Shown here piece after piece: positions 19,653 to 29,936 of a stretch of 59,805 bases of DNA. The stretch is from Prasinococcaceae sp. CCMP 1430 (Eukaryota; Plantae; Prasinodermophyta): assembly GCA_013416795.1 (NCBI GenBank), contig RQSC01000010.1, forward strand, positions 86,836 to 146,640, in the 5' to 3' direction. The notes under the pieces were generated by a model. It was not told the DNA's origin and did no database searches. It was given only the letters and a program-made list of their open reading frames with translations. Both the position numbers and the translations under genes were made by a program. Every line of letters starts with the position of its first letter. The first letter of the stretch is position 1.

Positions 19653-20232
19653 CCGTGCCCCTGCCGGCCCAGCCGGCGCTGTCGCCGCCGCTGGTGCGCC
19701 TGCGGCCGCGGCGGCGCAAAGCCCGGCGGCCACTCGCCAGCACACCCCTGCGCGCGCGCGCACACACAATCACCCCCAAGCACACGCCGCCCTCCTGCAG
19801 CCGCCGCGGCCTGCGCAGGCATCCGGCGCCCGCCTCCGCCTCTTTTTTTCCACTGTTCCTGTTGAGGGTCTGCACACAGTACAAAAAAAAGGCCATCCGA
19901 TTTTCGCAACGATTTGCAGTAGTGATTGGATTTGCGCACCCACTAGCACTCACGAGCGCGGCTGAGAATGGTACACAGTAAATGTATGCGGATGAGTTCA
20001 ATTTGCGTGAAGTGAAGAAAACAAAAGTTCTGGAAAACTGATGAGTGTCTTGCCTAGCTAGCCGCATCGCATCCGCGTTGGCAGGAAAAGAAGGAAATTT
20101 GACCTCGCCTTATCCGGAAGCGGGGCACAATCTTCCGGGCCGTCGCTCGGCTCGTGCATGGATTCATTTTGATGTGGAGATCACAGTGTGAGTACTCTCC
20201 CGTGGCCTGCAGGCATCTGGGTGCGGAAGCGC

Positions 20233-21707
20233 ATGCGGCGTGTGGCGCCGCGCGCGCGTGGTGCGTGCGCGCGCGAGCGTGTGCTGCGTGTGCGTGTGCG
20301 ACCGCATGTGTCTGCGTACGGGAGGGGGAGGTGAGGGGCGCGCTCACGTGTGGTGCGAATGACTGGAGTAGTGTGGCACAGCGCGCGTAGACGACGCCCC
20401 GCCCCCCGTCCCCGCCTCCCACCCCACGCCCACCCCCGGCCTCCCTCCCCCGGCGGCCCGCGCATCGCATGGCCTCGCGCGCGCTCGCCGCACCCCGAAT
20501 GGCCAGCACGCTCTTTTTCATTGGCGTCAAGATGGTGCTCGCGCTTGCCGATGTTTCGCCGTCCGCGGCGCCCGCGCCGCGCCGCGCCGCGCGCTCGCAG
20601 CGATGGGTCTCGGCGACCTCATGAAGTCGCTCATGGCGGACAAGCTCAAGATCGTCGACCCCTCTCAGGCGCTGCCCGGCCGCGAGGCCGTGATGCAGGT
20701 GTCGCCCACGCACGTCGTCACGGGCAACCCAATGCAGGCCCCCTTCCCCGACGGCCTCGAGACCGTCGTGTTCGCCACGGGGTGCTTCTGGGGCAGCGAG
20801 AAGGCCTTCTGGCGCATGCCGGGGGTGTTCACCACCGCAGTAGGCTACGCGGGCGGGTACACGCCCAACCCCACGTACGAGGAGGCCTGCAGTGGCTACA
20901 GCGGCCACACAGAGGCCGTTCAGGTAGTGTACGACCCCAAGGTGCGGGTGGCCTCGCGCGCGCGCGCGTGCGCGCCCTCGTCACACATGCGCGCACGCAC
21001 CTGACGCAAGTATGCGCGCGCGCGTATACAGGTCGTGGCGCTGGCGGACCTGCTGCGCACGTTCTGGACGAGCCACGACCCCACGCAGGGCATGGGACAG
21101 GGCAACGACATGGGCACGCAGTACCGCAGCGCCATCTATCCCACTACGCAGAAGCAGCTGGAACTCGCCGAGGCGAGCGCCACGGCGTATGGCGCGGCGC
21201 TCGCCGCAGCGGGGCGCAGCGGCGAGATCACCACCGAGATCAAGATGGGCGAGAACGGCGAGCCGGTGAAGTTTTACTACGCGGAAGATTACCACCAGCA
21301 GGTGCGAGCGCTACACTGTGTTTGTGCGTGTGTGTGTGCGTCTCACTCTCTGTCCGTGTGCGCGTGCATGTGTGCGTGTGTGCGTGTGTCGCCGTGGTGC
21401 GAGAGGCTGCGCGGCGGCGCGGGTGCGCGTCTACAATGCGCTGTCGACATTGCTACCCACTCGGGCCTTTCTCTCTGACGCACGCGCGAACGCATTCGCG
21501 ATCCCGCGCGTGCTACAGTACCTCGCAAAGCCGGGCTCGAGGCCGTACTGCTCCGCGCAGCCCACGGGCGTTGACCTTCCCATGACGTTCCTTCAGGGCC
21601 CCGAGGACGTCGGCCGCCTGCCCGACGCCTACTGGGACAAGCACGCGCCGCGGCCCGGCTGCACCATCGGCTTTCCCAACGAGCAGATCGACCTGGGCGA
21701 GCTCTGA
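20233..21707 (+). CDS. msrA: Peptide methionine sulfoxide reductase A
   Basis: GCFWG active site, [54 protein letters not shown]. Core exons 20603-20941, 21032-21301, 21519-21707. A putative upstream exon 20233-20260 spliced to 20532 adds a transit-peptide-like [33 protein letters not shown] (less certain). Confidence 0.95.
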
Positions 21708-22059
21708 GCGGAGCTGCGCGGGGGAAGAGCGTGTGCTCGTGCGTGCACGCCGGCGCACCCTGTTACGAGCCGCAGACTGTTTTATGGTGTCGGCATCGGC
21801 GCGGCGCACGCACCGGCGCGGCGCACGCACCGGCGCCTCTCTCTCACTCCCATCGAGGTGTGCGCATGCGCACGAGCACATGCACGAACACACGCCTGTG
21901 TTCACGCCCCACACGGGCGTGCGTGCACGCCCACACATACGTGACGCGCCGCGCTCTGCGCAGGCGCGGTCGCAAGAGCGTGGGGGTGAATACATATTAT
22001 CGCCGCGAGGCTTTATTAAGTGCTTCGGTTGTCCTGCGGACGCGCCCACTCTCAGCACA

Positions 22060-23201
22060 TTAGTCGGCGCGCGGCAGCCAGCTGGAGAGCGCGCAAGGCG
22101 TCGGCCCCTCAGGAACAGCCCCGAAGAGGATCTGGGCGTCGAGGCCCAGCTCGTCGGCCGCGCGCGCGGACACGGCGGTAGCGAACGCGTAGTGCTCCAT
22201 GAGCATGCGCCACTCCTCGATCTCGTCGAGCGACTCGATGCGCGCGGCGCGGGCGGCGTCGGCGCGGTCAACGCCGTCGGAGCGCGTGTAGAGCGCGTAC
22301 ATGTCGAGCGCGCTCGCTCGCGCGAACCCCGCGCGAACGAGGCGCGCCTCGTGCGCCTTGGCGTCGGGCGCCGCCGCGACGCCGCGCAGCGGGCAGCCGC
22401 GTTCAGCGAGGTGCTTTGCCATCTGCCTGCCAAATGCGTCGTCGGGGCGCACCGCCTCGTACAGCGCGAGCGCGCCGAGCTCAAGCGAGGCCGCCCACTC
22501 AACAAGCGCCTGGCCGTGCTCGGGGTCGAGGTACGACAGCACGCACTCGCACAGCACAAGCGTTGGTGCGCGCGCGTCGAAGCCCAGCTCGACGAGACGC
22601 GCGCTCAGCGCTGCGGTCGGGGCGCGCAGGTCCCACGGCGCGAGCGCATATGCGCGCGTGCGCAGTACGCCCTCGGCAGGCTGGACCACGTCGTCAGCGC
22701 AGCCCGCGCCGAGCAAATCCATCATGTCCGGCGCGGCCGCGAGTGCCGCCGCCTTGCGCGCTGCCACCTCATGGAAGTCGAGCTCGAAGTAGGCGAGCGC
22801 CCGTGGCGGCGCACCGCCCGCCGCCTCGGCCAGCAGCAGTGCGCTGGTGTCGTAGCCCGCGCCGAGCGACACGACCTGCCGCCGAACGCCGCCGCCATGC
22901 GCGGCAGTTGCGCGCAAAAAGCCGTCGAGCACGCGCCGCACGGCCGCCACGCGCGCGTGCGTGCCGCGGTTGATCATCGGCGGCCGCCGCCGTACCGGCC
23001 GCGGCGGCGGTGCTCCGGGGAGGAGGGCGGCTGGCCCGACGAGGGGCTGGATGCGGGACTCGCCGCCGCCTCCGCGCGCCCCCCGGCGAGCAGCCGCGCG
23101 ACGTACGGGTCGCGCAGGTACCCCTGAGCGGCTGCGCTCGCCTTGGACGCTGCCGCGTCATCGTTCGTGGCGCGCACGGCCGCGTCTCTCGCCGTGCCCA
23201 T
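22060..23201 (-). CDS. LCMT1: Leucine carboxyl methyltransferase (LCMT1/PPM1), with an apparent 1-nt frameshift near 23079-23084
   Basis: N-terminal VRATNDDAAASKASA..GYLRDPYV in one frame; MINRGTHARV, QVVSLGAGYDT, PTLVLCECVLSYL, DAFGRQM, LDEIEEWRMLMEHY in another. No Kelch repeats, so not TYW4/LCMT2. Confidence 0.88.
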
Positions 23202-23418
23202 CGCGAATGCCCGCCGCCTGCCTGCCTCCCCCACCCAACCACCCTCCCACCCTCCCCACTGCAGCGCGCAGCGCCCGCGCGGTGTGCCGTCTTCCGCCAG
23301 ACGCATCACACCTACACGCCAGCGCTGAGGACGCGCTGGCACACGGCGCGGCGTGGCGCGCGCAGCGCCCGCCACCGCTGCGGCGGGTGCCTCGCCACTC
23401 CACCCCCTCTCCTCCGCC
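23202..23418. promoter_or_regulatory. Putative bidirectional promoter LCMT1/ADAT1
   Basis: 217 bp between divergent ATGs at 23201 (-) and 23419 (+). Confidence 0.55.
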
Positions 23419-25056
23419 ATGGAGGGCGCGGCGGCCGCCGACGGGGACGCCGCGGCCGTCGCAGGGGATGTGGCGGCCGAGGTGGCGGCTACTGCTCTCG
23501 CCGCGTACGCGGCGCTGCCCAAGCACGGCAAGCCGGCCGCGAGCGGTGGCGCCGCCGGCGCGGCAATCGAGTACACGCACCTCGCGGCGTTCGTCGTTGG
23601 TGAGCGCGTGGGCGACGGAAGCAGCGGTTACGCCGCAAGGCGCTGGCGGTGTGTGGCGCTCGGCACCGGCACCAAGTGCGTTGGGCCGTCGCGCGCGTCC
23701 GCTGCTGGCGAGCGCCTGCACGACTCACACGCGGAGGTGCTCGCGCGGCGGGCGCTGCTGTGCTATCTGTACGACGACGCGCAGCGTGCGCTCGGCGACG
23801 GGGCGCGTGGCTACGACGCTGGTGGTGGCGGTGGTACTGAGCCAATGCCCGCGCTACTGCGGGTAGCCCGCGGTGGCGGTGCGAGCGGGGGCGGCGGCGA
23901 CCTGGCGGTACTCGAGCGAGCGCCTGACAAGCTACTGTGGATGTACCTCAGTCAGGCGCCCTGCGGGGATGCCAGCATCCACGGCGCCGACACCGGCGAG
24001 GACACGGGTATGCGCGTTCTTGGTTGCGGGGGAAACGTCGGCGACGCGGGGCGCAACGGTTCGAGAGACCGCAAGCCGGGGGTCCCGCGGCGCGCCGCTG
24101 GGGCTGCGCCTGCAGCACATGGCCGCACAGGTGCGCGCCCGGTCTCCACAGGCGGTGGTGCCGGCGCGGACACACTCGGCGTGGAACTCAGGCGTGAGAT
24201 CGGTGGACCGCAGGTCGTGGGTGTGACGCGCCTCAAGCCCGGCCGTGGCGAGCGCACGTGCTCGATGAGCTGCTCGGACAAGATCGTGCGCTGGTGTGCG
24301 CTCGGCGTGCAGGGCGCGCTGCTGTCGCACTTCGTTGCCGAGCCGCTGCGCATCGACGGTTTTGCGCTTGCCGGTACGACCGCAGGCGGTGCTGCGCTCG
24401 CCGCGCTGCGGCGTGCAGTGTGCGACCGAGCCATCGCCGCGACCGCCGGCGTGGCCACACCTGTTGCGGCCGCCGCGCCTCCCGCGCCTGAAGAGCTTCG
24501 AGCTACCGCACGCGCCGGGCGTGTGGCGTGCGGATACGCAATCAGCTGGCACGCGGGCGCGGGGCCGGCCGACGTGACCATCGGTGCCAGTGGCCTCAAG
24601 GCGGGCACAACCGCCAAGGCGGCGGCGAGTGGCAGCGCCAAGTGTCGCGCTGCGTGCTGCCGCGTCGAGCTGCTTGGCCGCTTCCGCGCTCTGGCGCGCG
24701 CCACGTGTGCATACGTGCGCAGGTGGGGACGACCTGACGGCACGACAGCACGAGGCAGCGCCCCGGACCTCTCGCTTGACACGCTGCTCGCCATGGGGTA
24801 CGGCGAGATCAAGGAGGCCGCACACGCACACGCGGCCGCAAGGCATGCGCTGCTGTGCGCTCCCGGCGCGGTGCTGGCGCCTTGGTCTTTCGGTTCTCGC
24901 GCACTCCAGGCATTCGGCGCGCCGGCGCCGAGCGCCAAGGAGCCCGACGCGCAGCTCGCCGCTGAGGAGAGGGCGCAACACAAGCGCAAGCTGCCCGACA
25001 GCGACGCCGTTCATGTATATGATGAAAGTAATCGCCGATCGGAGCGGTATGTATAG
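23419..25056 (+). CDS. ADAT1: tRNA-specific adenosine deaminase 1 (Tad1, A_deamin domain, no dsRBD)
   Basis: [70 protein letters not shown]. Confidence 0.9.
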   Translation: MEGAAAADGDAAAVAGDVAAEVAATALAAYAALPKHGKPAASGGAAGAAIEYTHLAAFVVGERVGDGSSGYAARRWRCVALGTGTKCVGPSRASAAGERLHDSHAEVLARRALLCYLYDDAQRALGDGARGYDAGGGGGTEPMPALLRVARGGGASGGGGDLAVLERAPDKLLWMYLSQAPCGDASIHGADTGEDTGMRVLGCGGNVGDAGRNGSRDRKPGVPRRAAGAAPAAHGRTGARPVSTGGGAGADTLGVELRREIGGPQVVGVTRLKPGRGERTCSMSCSDKIVRWCALGVQGALLSHFVAEPLRIDGFALAGTTAGGAALAALRRAVCDRAIAATAGVATPVAAAAPPAPEELRATARAGRVACGYAISWHAGAGPADVTIGASGLKAGTTAKAAASGSAKCRAACCRVELLGRFRALARATCAYVRRWGRPDGTTARGSAPDLSLDTLLAMGYGEIKEAAHAHAAARHALLCAPGAVLAPWSFGSRALQAFGAPAPSAKEPDAQLAAEERAQHKRKLPDSDAVHVYDESNRRSERYV

Positions 25057-25121
25057 TACACTCAACACTCTGGCCGGTCGAAATCGAGAGAGTCGTACTG
25101 GGGCATTGATGCAGCCGAGGC

Positions 25122-25856
25122 CTACGTACTCTCCGCTTGCTGCGACTCGAGGCCAGCGAGGAAGTAGTTGACGCGCTCCACGAGCTGCGGCCCCTGCACC
25201 ACGCCTTCCATGCGGTCGAGCACCTTGCCATCCTCAGAGAAGAGGACGAGCGTGGGAAGGCCCTCGATGCGGTACTGGCTCGCGATGCGCGGGTACTTGT
25301 CCGTGTCAATCTTCACCATCTGCACCTTCTCCTTGAGCTGCGGCGACATCTACATTCGAAGGGAGGCAACAGGGCGATTGCGGGCGCGAGCGACAAGCGC
25401 GTGGGTGCAGGGTGGGCGAAGACGTGCCGAGGAATGCGCAGGTTGCGAGCGCATGTCAGCCTGGCGGGCAGGTTCAAGCCCACCGCAGTGAGAGAGCGAG
25501 AGAGCGGGAGAGGGAAAGCGGGCGCGCGTGGTGCGCGCGTTGCATGTATGTGCGCGTGCAGTAAGTGTCTTTCCCCTCGGCGCGCGCGAGCAGGCACGCA
25601 CGTCGCTCAGGATCTTGGACATCATCACGCATGGCCCGCACCAGGTTGCATAGAAGTCCACGAGCGTGGGCTTTCCCCCTGAGCGGAGCATGTCGTCGAA
25701 CGAGCCGTACTCCTTTTTCGACGCCTGCGCGCGCGGCACCACTCGGCGCCCCAGCGGCGCGCTGCCGGCCCGCGCCGGCAAAGCCCGCTGCTGGGCCCTC
25801 CGCACGGCCGCCGGCCGCGCCGCACCGAGTGCGGCTGCGGCAGTCGACGCCGCCAT
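25122..25856 (-). CDS. TRXy: Plastid thioredoxin, y-type, 2 exons
   Basis: Transit peptide, KKEYGSFDDML, LVDFYATWCGPC, VKIDTDKYPRIASQYRIEGLPTLVLF. Exons 25856-25602 and 25349-25122, intron 25601-25350. Confidence 0.9.
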
Positions 25857-25941
25857 CGGCCCCTAAGCTCCTGTCCGGCCTGTCCGCCCGCCCGCAGCCC
25901 CCCTTCCCGGCCACTTTACCCCCGAACCCCCGCGCTGCGCG
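25857..25941. promoter_or_regulatory. Putative very short bidirectional promoter TRXy/ALDH
   Basis: 85 bp between divergent ATGs at 25856 (-) and 25942 (+); depends on the ALDH start model. Confidence 0.45.
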
Positions 25942-27768
25942 ATGTCGCGAGGCACGTCGCGCAGCTGCGCGTGCGCTGTGGCAGCGCGGCGCGCGCTGCG
26001 CTGCGTCGGCGGCCGCGGCAGCAGCGGCCGAGGCGGAGAGGGTGCGCGCAGAGGCGGGGGCCCCGCCCGAGGTGAGGCTCCCCAACACGGGCGCCATGAT
26101 CAACAACGCGTGGGTCATGCCGGCAGGCGCCCCCACCCTCACCACCCTCAACCCCGCCACGGAGGAGCCCATCGCGGACGTCATCAGCTCCGGGAAAGAC
26201 GAGATAGAAGCGGCGGTCAGGGCCGCGCGGGACGCGTTCGCGCACGGGACACCGTGGCGCGCGATGGGCGGGTATGGCCGCGCGACGCTCCTCAACCGGC
26301 TTGCCGACTTGATGAAGCGCGATGAGGAGGAGCTGGCGATGCTCGACATGCTGGACAACGGAAAGCCGTATGCGGAGGCCAAGCTAGATGCCAAGTTTAG
26401 CAGGCAGTGTTTCAGATACTACGCTGCGAAGGCGCACGGCGAGCACGCCCAGCTCGTGCGTCCCTCCGGCCCCGTGGTAGCGTCCGACACCTTGGCATTC
26501 GTCGAGAAGGAGCCAGTGGGCGTCGTGGGTGCGATCGTGCCCTGGAATTTTCCGCAGACGACGGCCGCGTGGAAGCTCTCGCCAGCGCTCGCGGCGGGGT
26601 GCACGGTGGTGCTCAAGACGGCCCCCCAGACCCCTCTCTCCGCCAACAAGATGGCCGAGCTCATAATCGAGGCAGGCTTCCCACCCGGCGTTGTCAACGT
26701 GCTGCCTGGCGACGATGAGGCGGGGAAGATGCTCGTAGCGCACGACGATCTCGACAAAATAGCCTTCACAGGCAGCACGGCGGTGGGCACAGAGGTACGG
26801 AAGGCGTGCGCCGAGACCCCCCGCTTTCGACGCGTGTCCCTCGAGCTCGGTGGGAAGAGCCCACTCATTGTGACCGAGCACGCCGACATCGCCAAAGCCG
26901 TTGAGGTCGCGCAGGTCGGCCTGTTCCTCAACGCGGGGCAGTGCTGCTGCGCGAGCTCGCGCATTTTCGTGGAGGCGTCGAAGTACGACGAGTTTTGCGA
27001 AAAGGCCGCACGGATGGCCGAGTCGCGCCCCGTGGTCCCCGGCTGGCACCCCGCCGCTCGAACGCTGGACGCGTCCGCATGGCCGCAGGGGCCACAGGTG
27101 GACCGAGCGCAGCTCGAGAGTGTTCTTGGGTACATCGCAGCGGGCAAGCGCGAGGGTGCCACGGTCCTCGCGGGTGGATCGCGTTTCGGCTCCCAGGGGT
27201 TCTTCATCGAGCCGACGGTGTTTGCCGACGTCAGCGACGAGATGACCATCGCGCAGGAAGAAATTTTCGGGCCGGTGATGCAGGTCCTCAAGTACGACGA
27301 CGACGACGAAGTCATCGCACGCGCGAACGCCACCGACTACGGTCTTGCCGCAGGTACGCGAGTTGGGCGGTCTTGCGTGGACCGTCGAGTGCGCGCCCAT
27401 TGTAGTTCGATGTTTCGCTTGCGCTGGCCTCCCGGACAGTCCCGATGCGTCGGTGCACAGGAGGAGGTCCCCCGCGCTATCGTGCATTTCAGCATGCGCG
27501 CCCAGTGCTGACAGGAGTGGGCGCGGCGTCTATCTCGGCGCGTGCTCAAACAGGTGTCATATCGACGAACGAACACCACGCGCGCCACCTGGCGCGCCAG
27601 CTTGATGCGGGGACAGTGTGGATCAACACCTGGGATGCGTTCGACGCGGCGTTGCCCTTCGGCGGCTACAAGGCCTCGGGTATCGGCCGCGATCTCGGCG
27701 ACGCGGCGCTCGCCTCATACCAGGAAGTCAAGACGACGGTGTTCGGAGACCCTTATGCTCGCCCGTAG
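25942..27768 (+). CDS. Aldehyde dehydrogenase, ALDH1/2-like, probably mitochondrial, 2 exons
   Basis: [50 protein letters not shown]|[13 protein letters not shown]. Intron 27354-27553. ATG 25942 is 1 nt out of frame with the body; first in-frame ATG outside the TRXy gene is 26096. Confidence 0.92.
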
Positions 27769-28077
27769 TCCGAAGGGGCATTGCTGATCCGGCCTTCGTC
27801 GTCGTGACGACATCGATCAACAGAGCGGTTGCGTTTTGAGCGGCAACTCATATCCGTGGCGTGGAAACGTACTTAGTAGCGACCCTACTAGCGGCGGGTG
27901 GCGGCGGTGTTTCTAGCTACACCGGCAAGCGCGATGAGCACCAGTAAGTACCGCAGAGGAGCATCGGGGTCTCCTGCGGCGCCCTGGCCGCCCTAGCGAC
28001 CCCATGCCGTCGCGCCTCCGCTCTCGATGCGCGCCCCATCCCGCATTCGACCACTCGTCGCCCTCTTGCGAGGCGGC

Positions 28078-29241
28078 CTACTTTCCTCCGTTGGCCGCCG
28101 GCGCCGGCTTCGGGCCAGGCGCAGCGGTTGTCATCCCCAGCGGGTTGGGCACGGGAGTCGTCGCCGCCGCGCACGGGTTGGATCCGAATGCCTCGAAGCG
28201 CATGTCGAGGTCGATTTGCGAGCTTTCGATGATGCTGTCCACCACGCCGACGGCGATCTCGGGCAAGTTGATCTCGATGTTTTCGAAGATCGCGTCCAGC
28301 GGGATGGAAATCTTCTCGTCGGCCACATAGCGCAGCTGCGCCTCGCCCGTGCCTCCAATGAAAGGTGCTGCCGAAAGCTCAGGCTTGCTCTCCTCGAAGG
28401 AGCCGCCCATGGCCACCCCGAGCGGCGTGAGGCTGTCGAAGACCAGTCCGAGCGCGGCGTTGTCGTTGCTCGCGTTGATCGCGCCGCTCTTGCCCCACAC
28501 CCGCAGCTGCTGTGCCACGGGGCTCAGTCCCGCCAGCGCCGCCTCAGAGGCATTCGCGCCGGAGCCGTCCTGCGGCTCGCCAAGCGTCGCGAAGGCCTCG
28601 GACTGGGCGCGGACGCCAAGCACGGCATCTGCGACAGCCAGCCGCGTGGCCAGCAGCGGTATGCCCAGGAAGGCGTCGGTCGTCACGTCGGCGCGCCAGC
28701 CCTGCGGCGTGCCGGTGTCCTCGAAGAGAGTGCGCAGATCCGAGTCGAGGTGATAGACGCCGTCGAAGCCTCCCTCAAAGTCGGTGCAGCGCAGCACAAG
28801 GTGGACCAGCCCACCGCTCGCGAAGGTCTCGGGATCGACGTTCTCGAGCGCCACCTCGTCGCTGCCGACGAGCTCCACTTGCGAGCACCCCACCGGCGCC
28901 ACGATGCTGTTGCTCGTGCCCGCGCCCGCACCGCACGCGGGCTCGGTGGCCACCTGCAGCGTAGCCAGCGCGGCGTACTTGCCCTCTGCAGCTGCCAGCG
29001 CGGCGAGCACCGCGGGCACCGAGACGGGAGGCTCGGCGTCGGCGCCCTCTTGCGCCCGCGCGGGGGACAGCACCGCTGCCGCGGTGACCACCGCAAGCAG
29101 CGTGCCGCGCGCCGCGCCGCGCCGCTCGGCCCCGGCCGGAGCGCGAGTGAGGGCCGGAGCACCCTGGGGAGGCTGAGCGGTGGGCCGTGGAGGCCGGGGA
29201 TGGGGGGTCGCCGGCGCCCAGTGCGGTGCTTCCGATGACAT
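28078..29241 (-). CDS. Hypothetical secreted or membrane-anchored acidic protein
   Basis: 387-aa ORF with ATG, hydrophobic signal-like segment (TLLAVVTAAAVLSPARAQ) and coding-like composition. No family recognised. Confidence 0.6.
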   Translation of the reverse strand: MSSEAPHWAPATPHPRPPRPTAQPPQGAPALTRAPAGAERRGAARGTLLAVVTAAAVLSPARAQEGADAEPPVSVPAVLAALAAAEGKYAALATLQVATEPACGAGAGTSNSIVAPVGCSQVELVGSDEVALENVDPETFASGGLVHLVLRCTDFEGGFDGVYHLDSDLRTLFEDTGTPQGWRADVTTDAFLGIPLLATRLAVADAVLGVRAQSEAFATLGEPQDGSGANASEAALAGLSPVAQQLRVWGKSGAINASNDNAALGLVFDSLTPLGVAMGGSFEESKPELSAAPFIGGTGEAQLRYVADEKISIPLDAIFENIEINLPEIAVGVVDSIIESSQIDLDMRFEAFGSNPCAAATTPVPNPLGMTTAAPGPKPAPAANGGK

Positions 29242-29409
29242 GGGACGCCACGAGCGCCCGCACGCGCATAGCAGCGCTCGCCAAACATCACGTCAAATTG
29301 GACCTCCGTCGTCGTGCATTGACATTAGCATTGATTGAACCGATGAGATTTCATCTCTTTGCCTTGTGTGACAGGTGTCGCTGTCGCAGCGCCATCAATC
29401 GAGAACATA

Positions 29410-29557
29410 GACACACACATACACGCACTCATGCACGCACGCACACACACACACACACGCACACGCACACGCACACGCACACGCACACACACACGCACAC
29501 GAACACACACACACAGACACACACATGCACATGCACACATGCACACATGCACATACG

Positions 29558-29628
<71 letters not shown>

Positions 29629-29672
29629 NNNNNNNNNNNNNNNNNNNNNNNNNNNNNNNNNNNNNNNNNNNN

Positions 29673-29746
<74 letters not shown>
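29410..29746. repeat. (CA)n microsatellite with degenerate CACACG flank, interrupted by an assembly gap
   Basis: Direct inspection; N-run 29629-29672 lies inside it. Confidence 0.97.
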
Positions 29747-29750
<4 letters not shown>

Positions 29751-29936
29751 GAACCCGCGAGCGCATGCTCAGCAATTGCAATTGCGCGCGCCGGGCGTCG
29801 CCCGGCGCGTGCCCGCAAGCGTACGCACGCACGCCTGCGCCACATGGCGGCACGATCGCTCGAGCATAGGGGCTGCGCCCGCGCCGCTACGTGCCGTGGC
29901 ATGGCGACGTGCAAGAGGGCCGCCACCTGCGCGGCC

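Noticed and set aside
22060-25056. tRNA position-37 modification pair (TYW4 plus ADAT1)
   Set aside because: The methyltransferase lacks the Kelch domain of TYW4/LCMT2 and looks like PP2A-methylating LCMT1.
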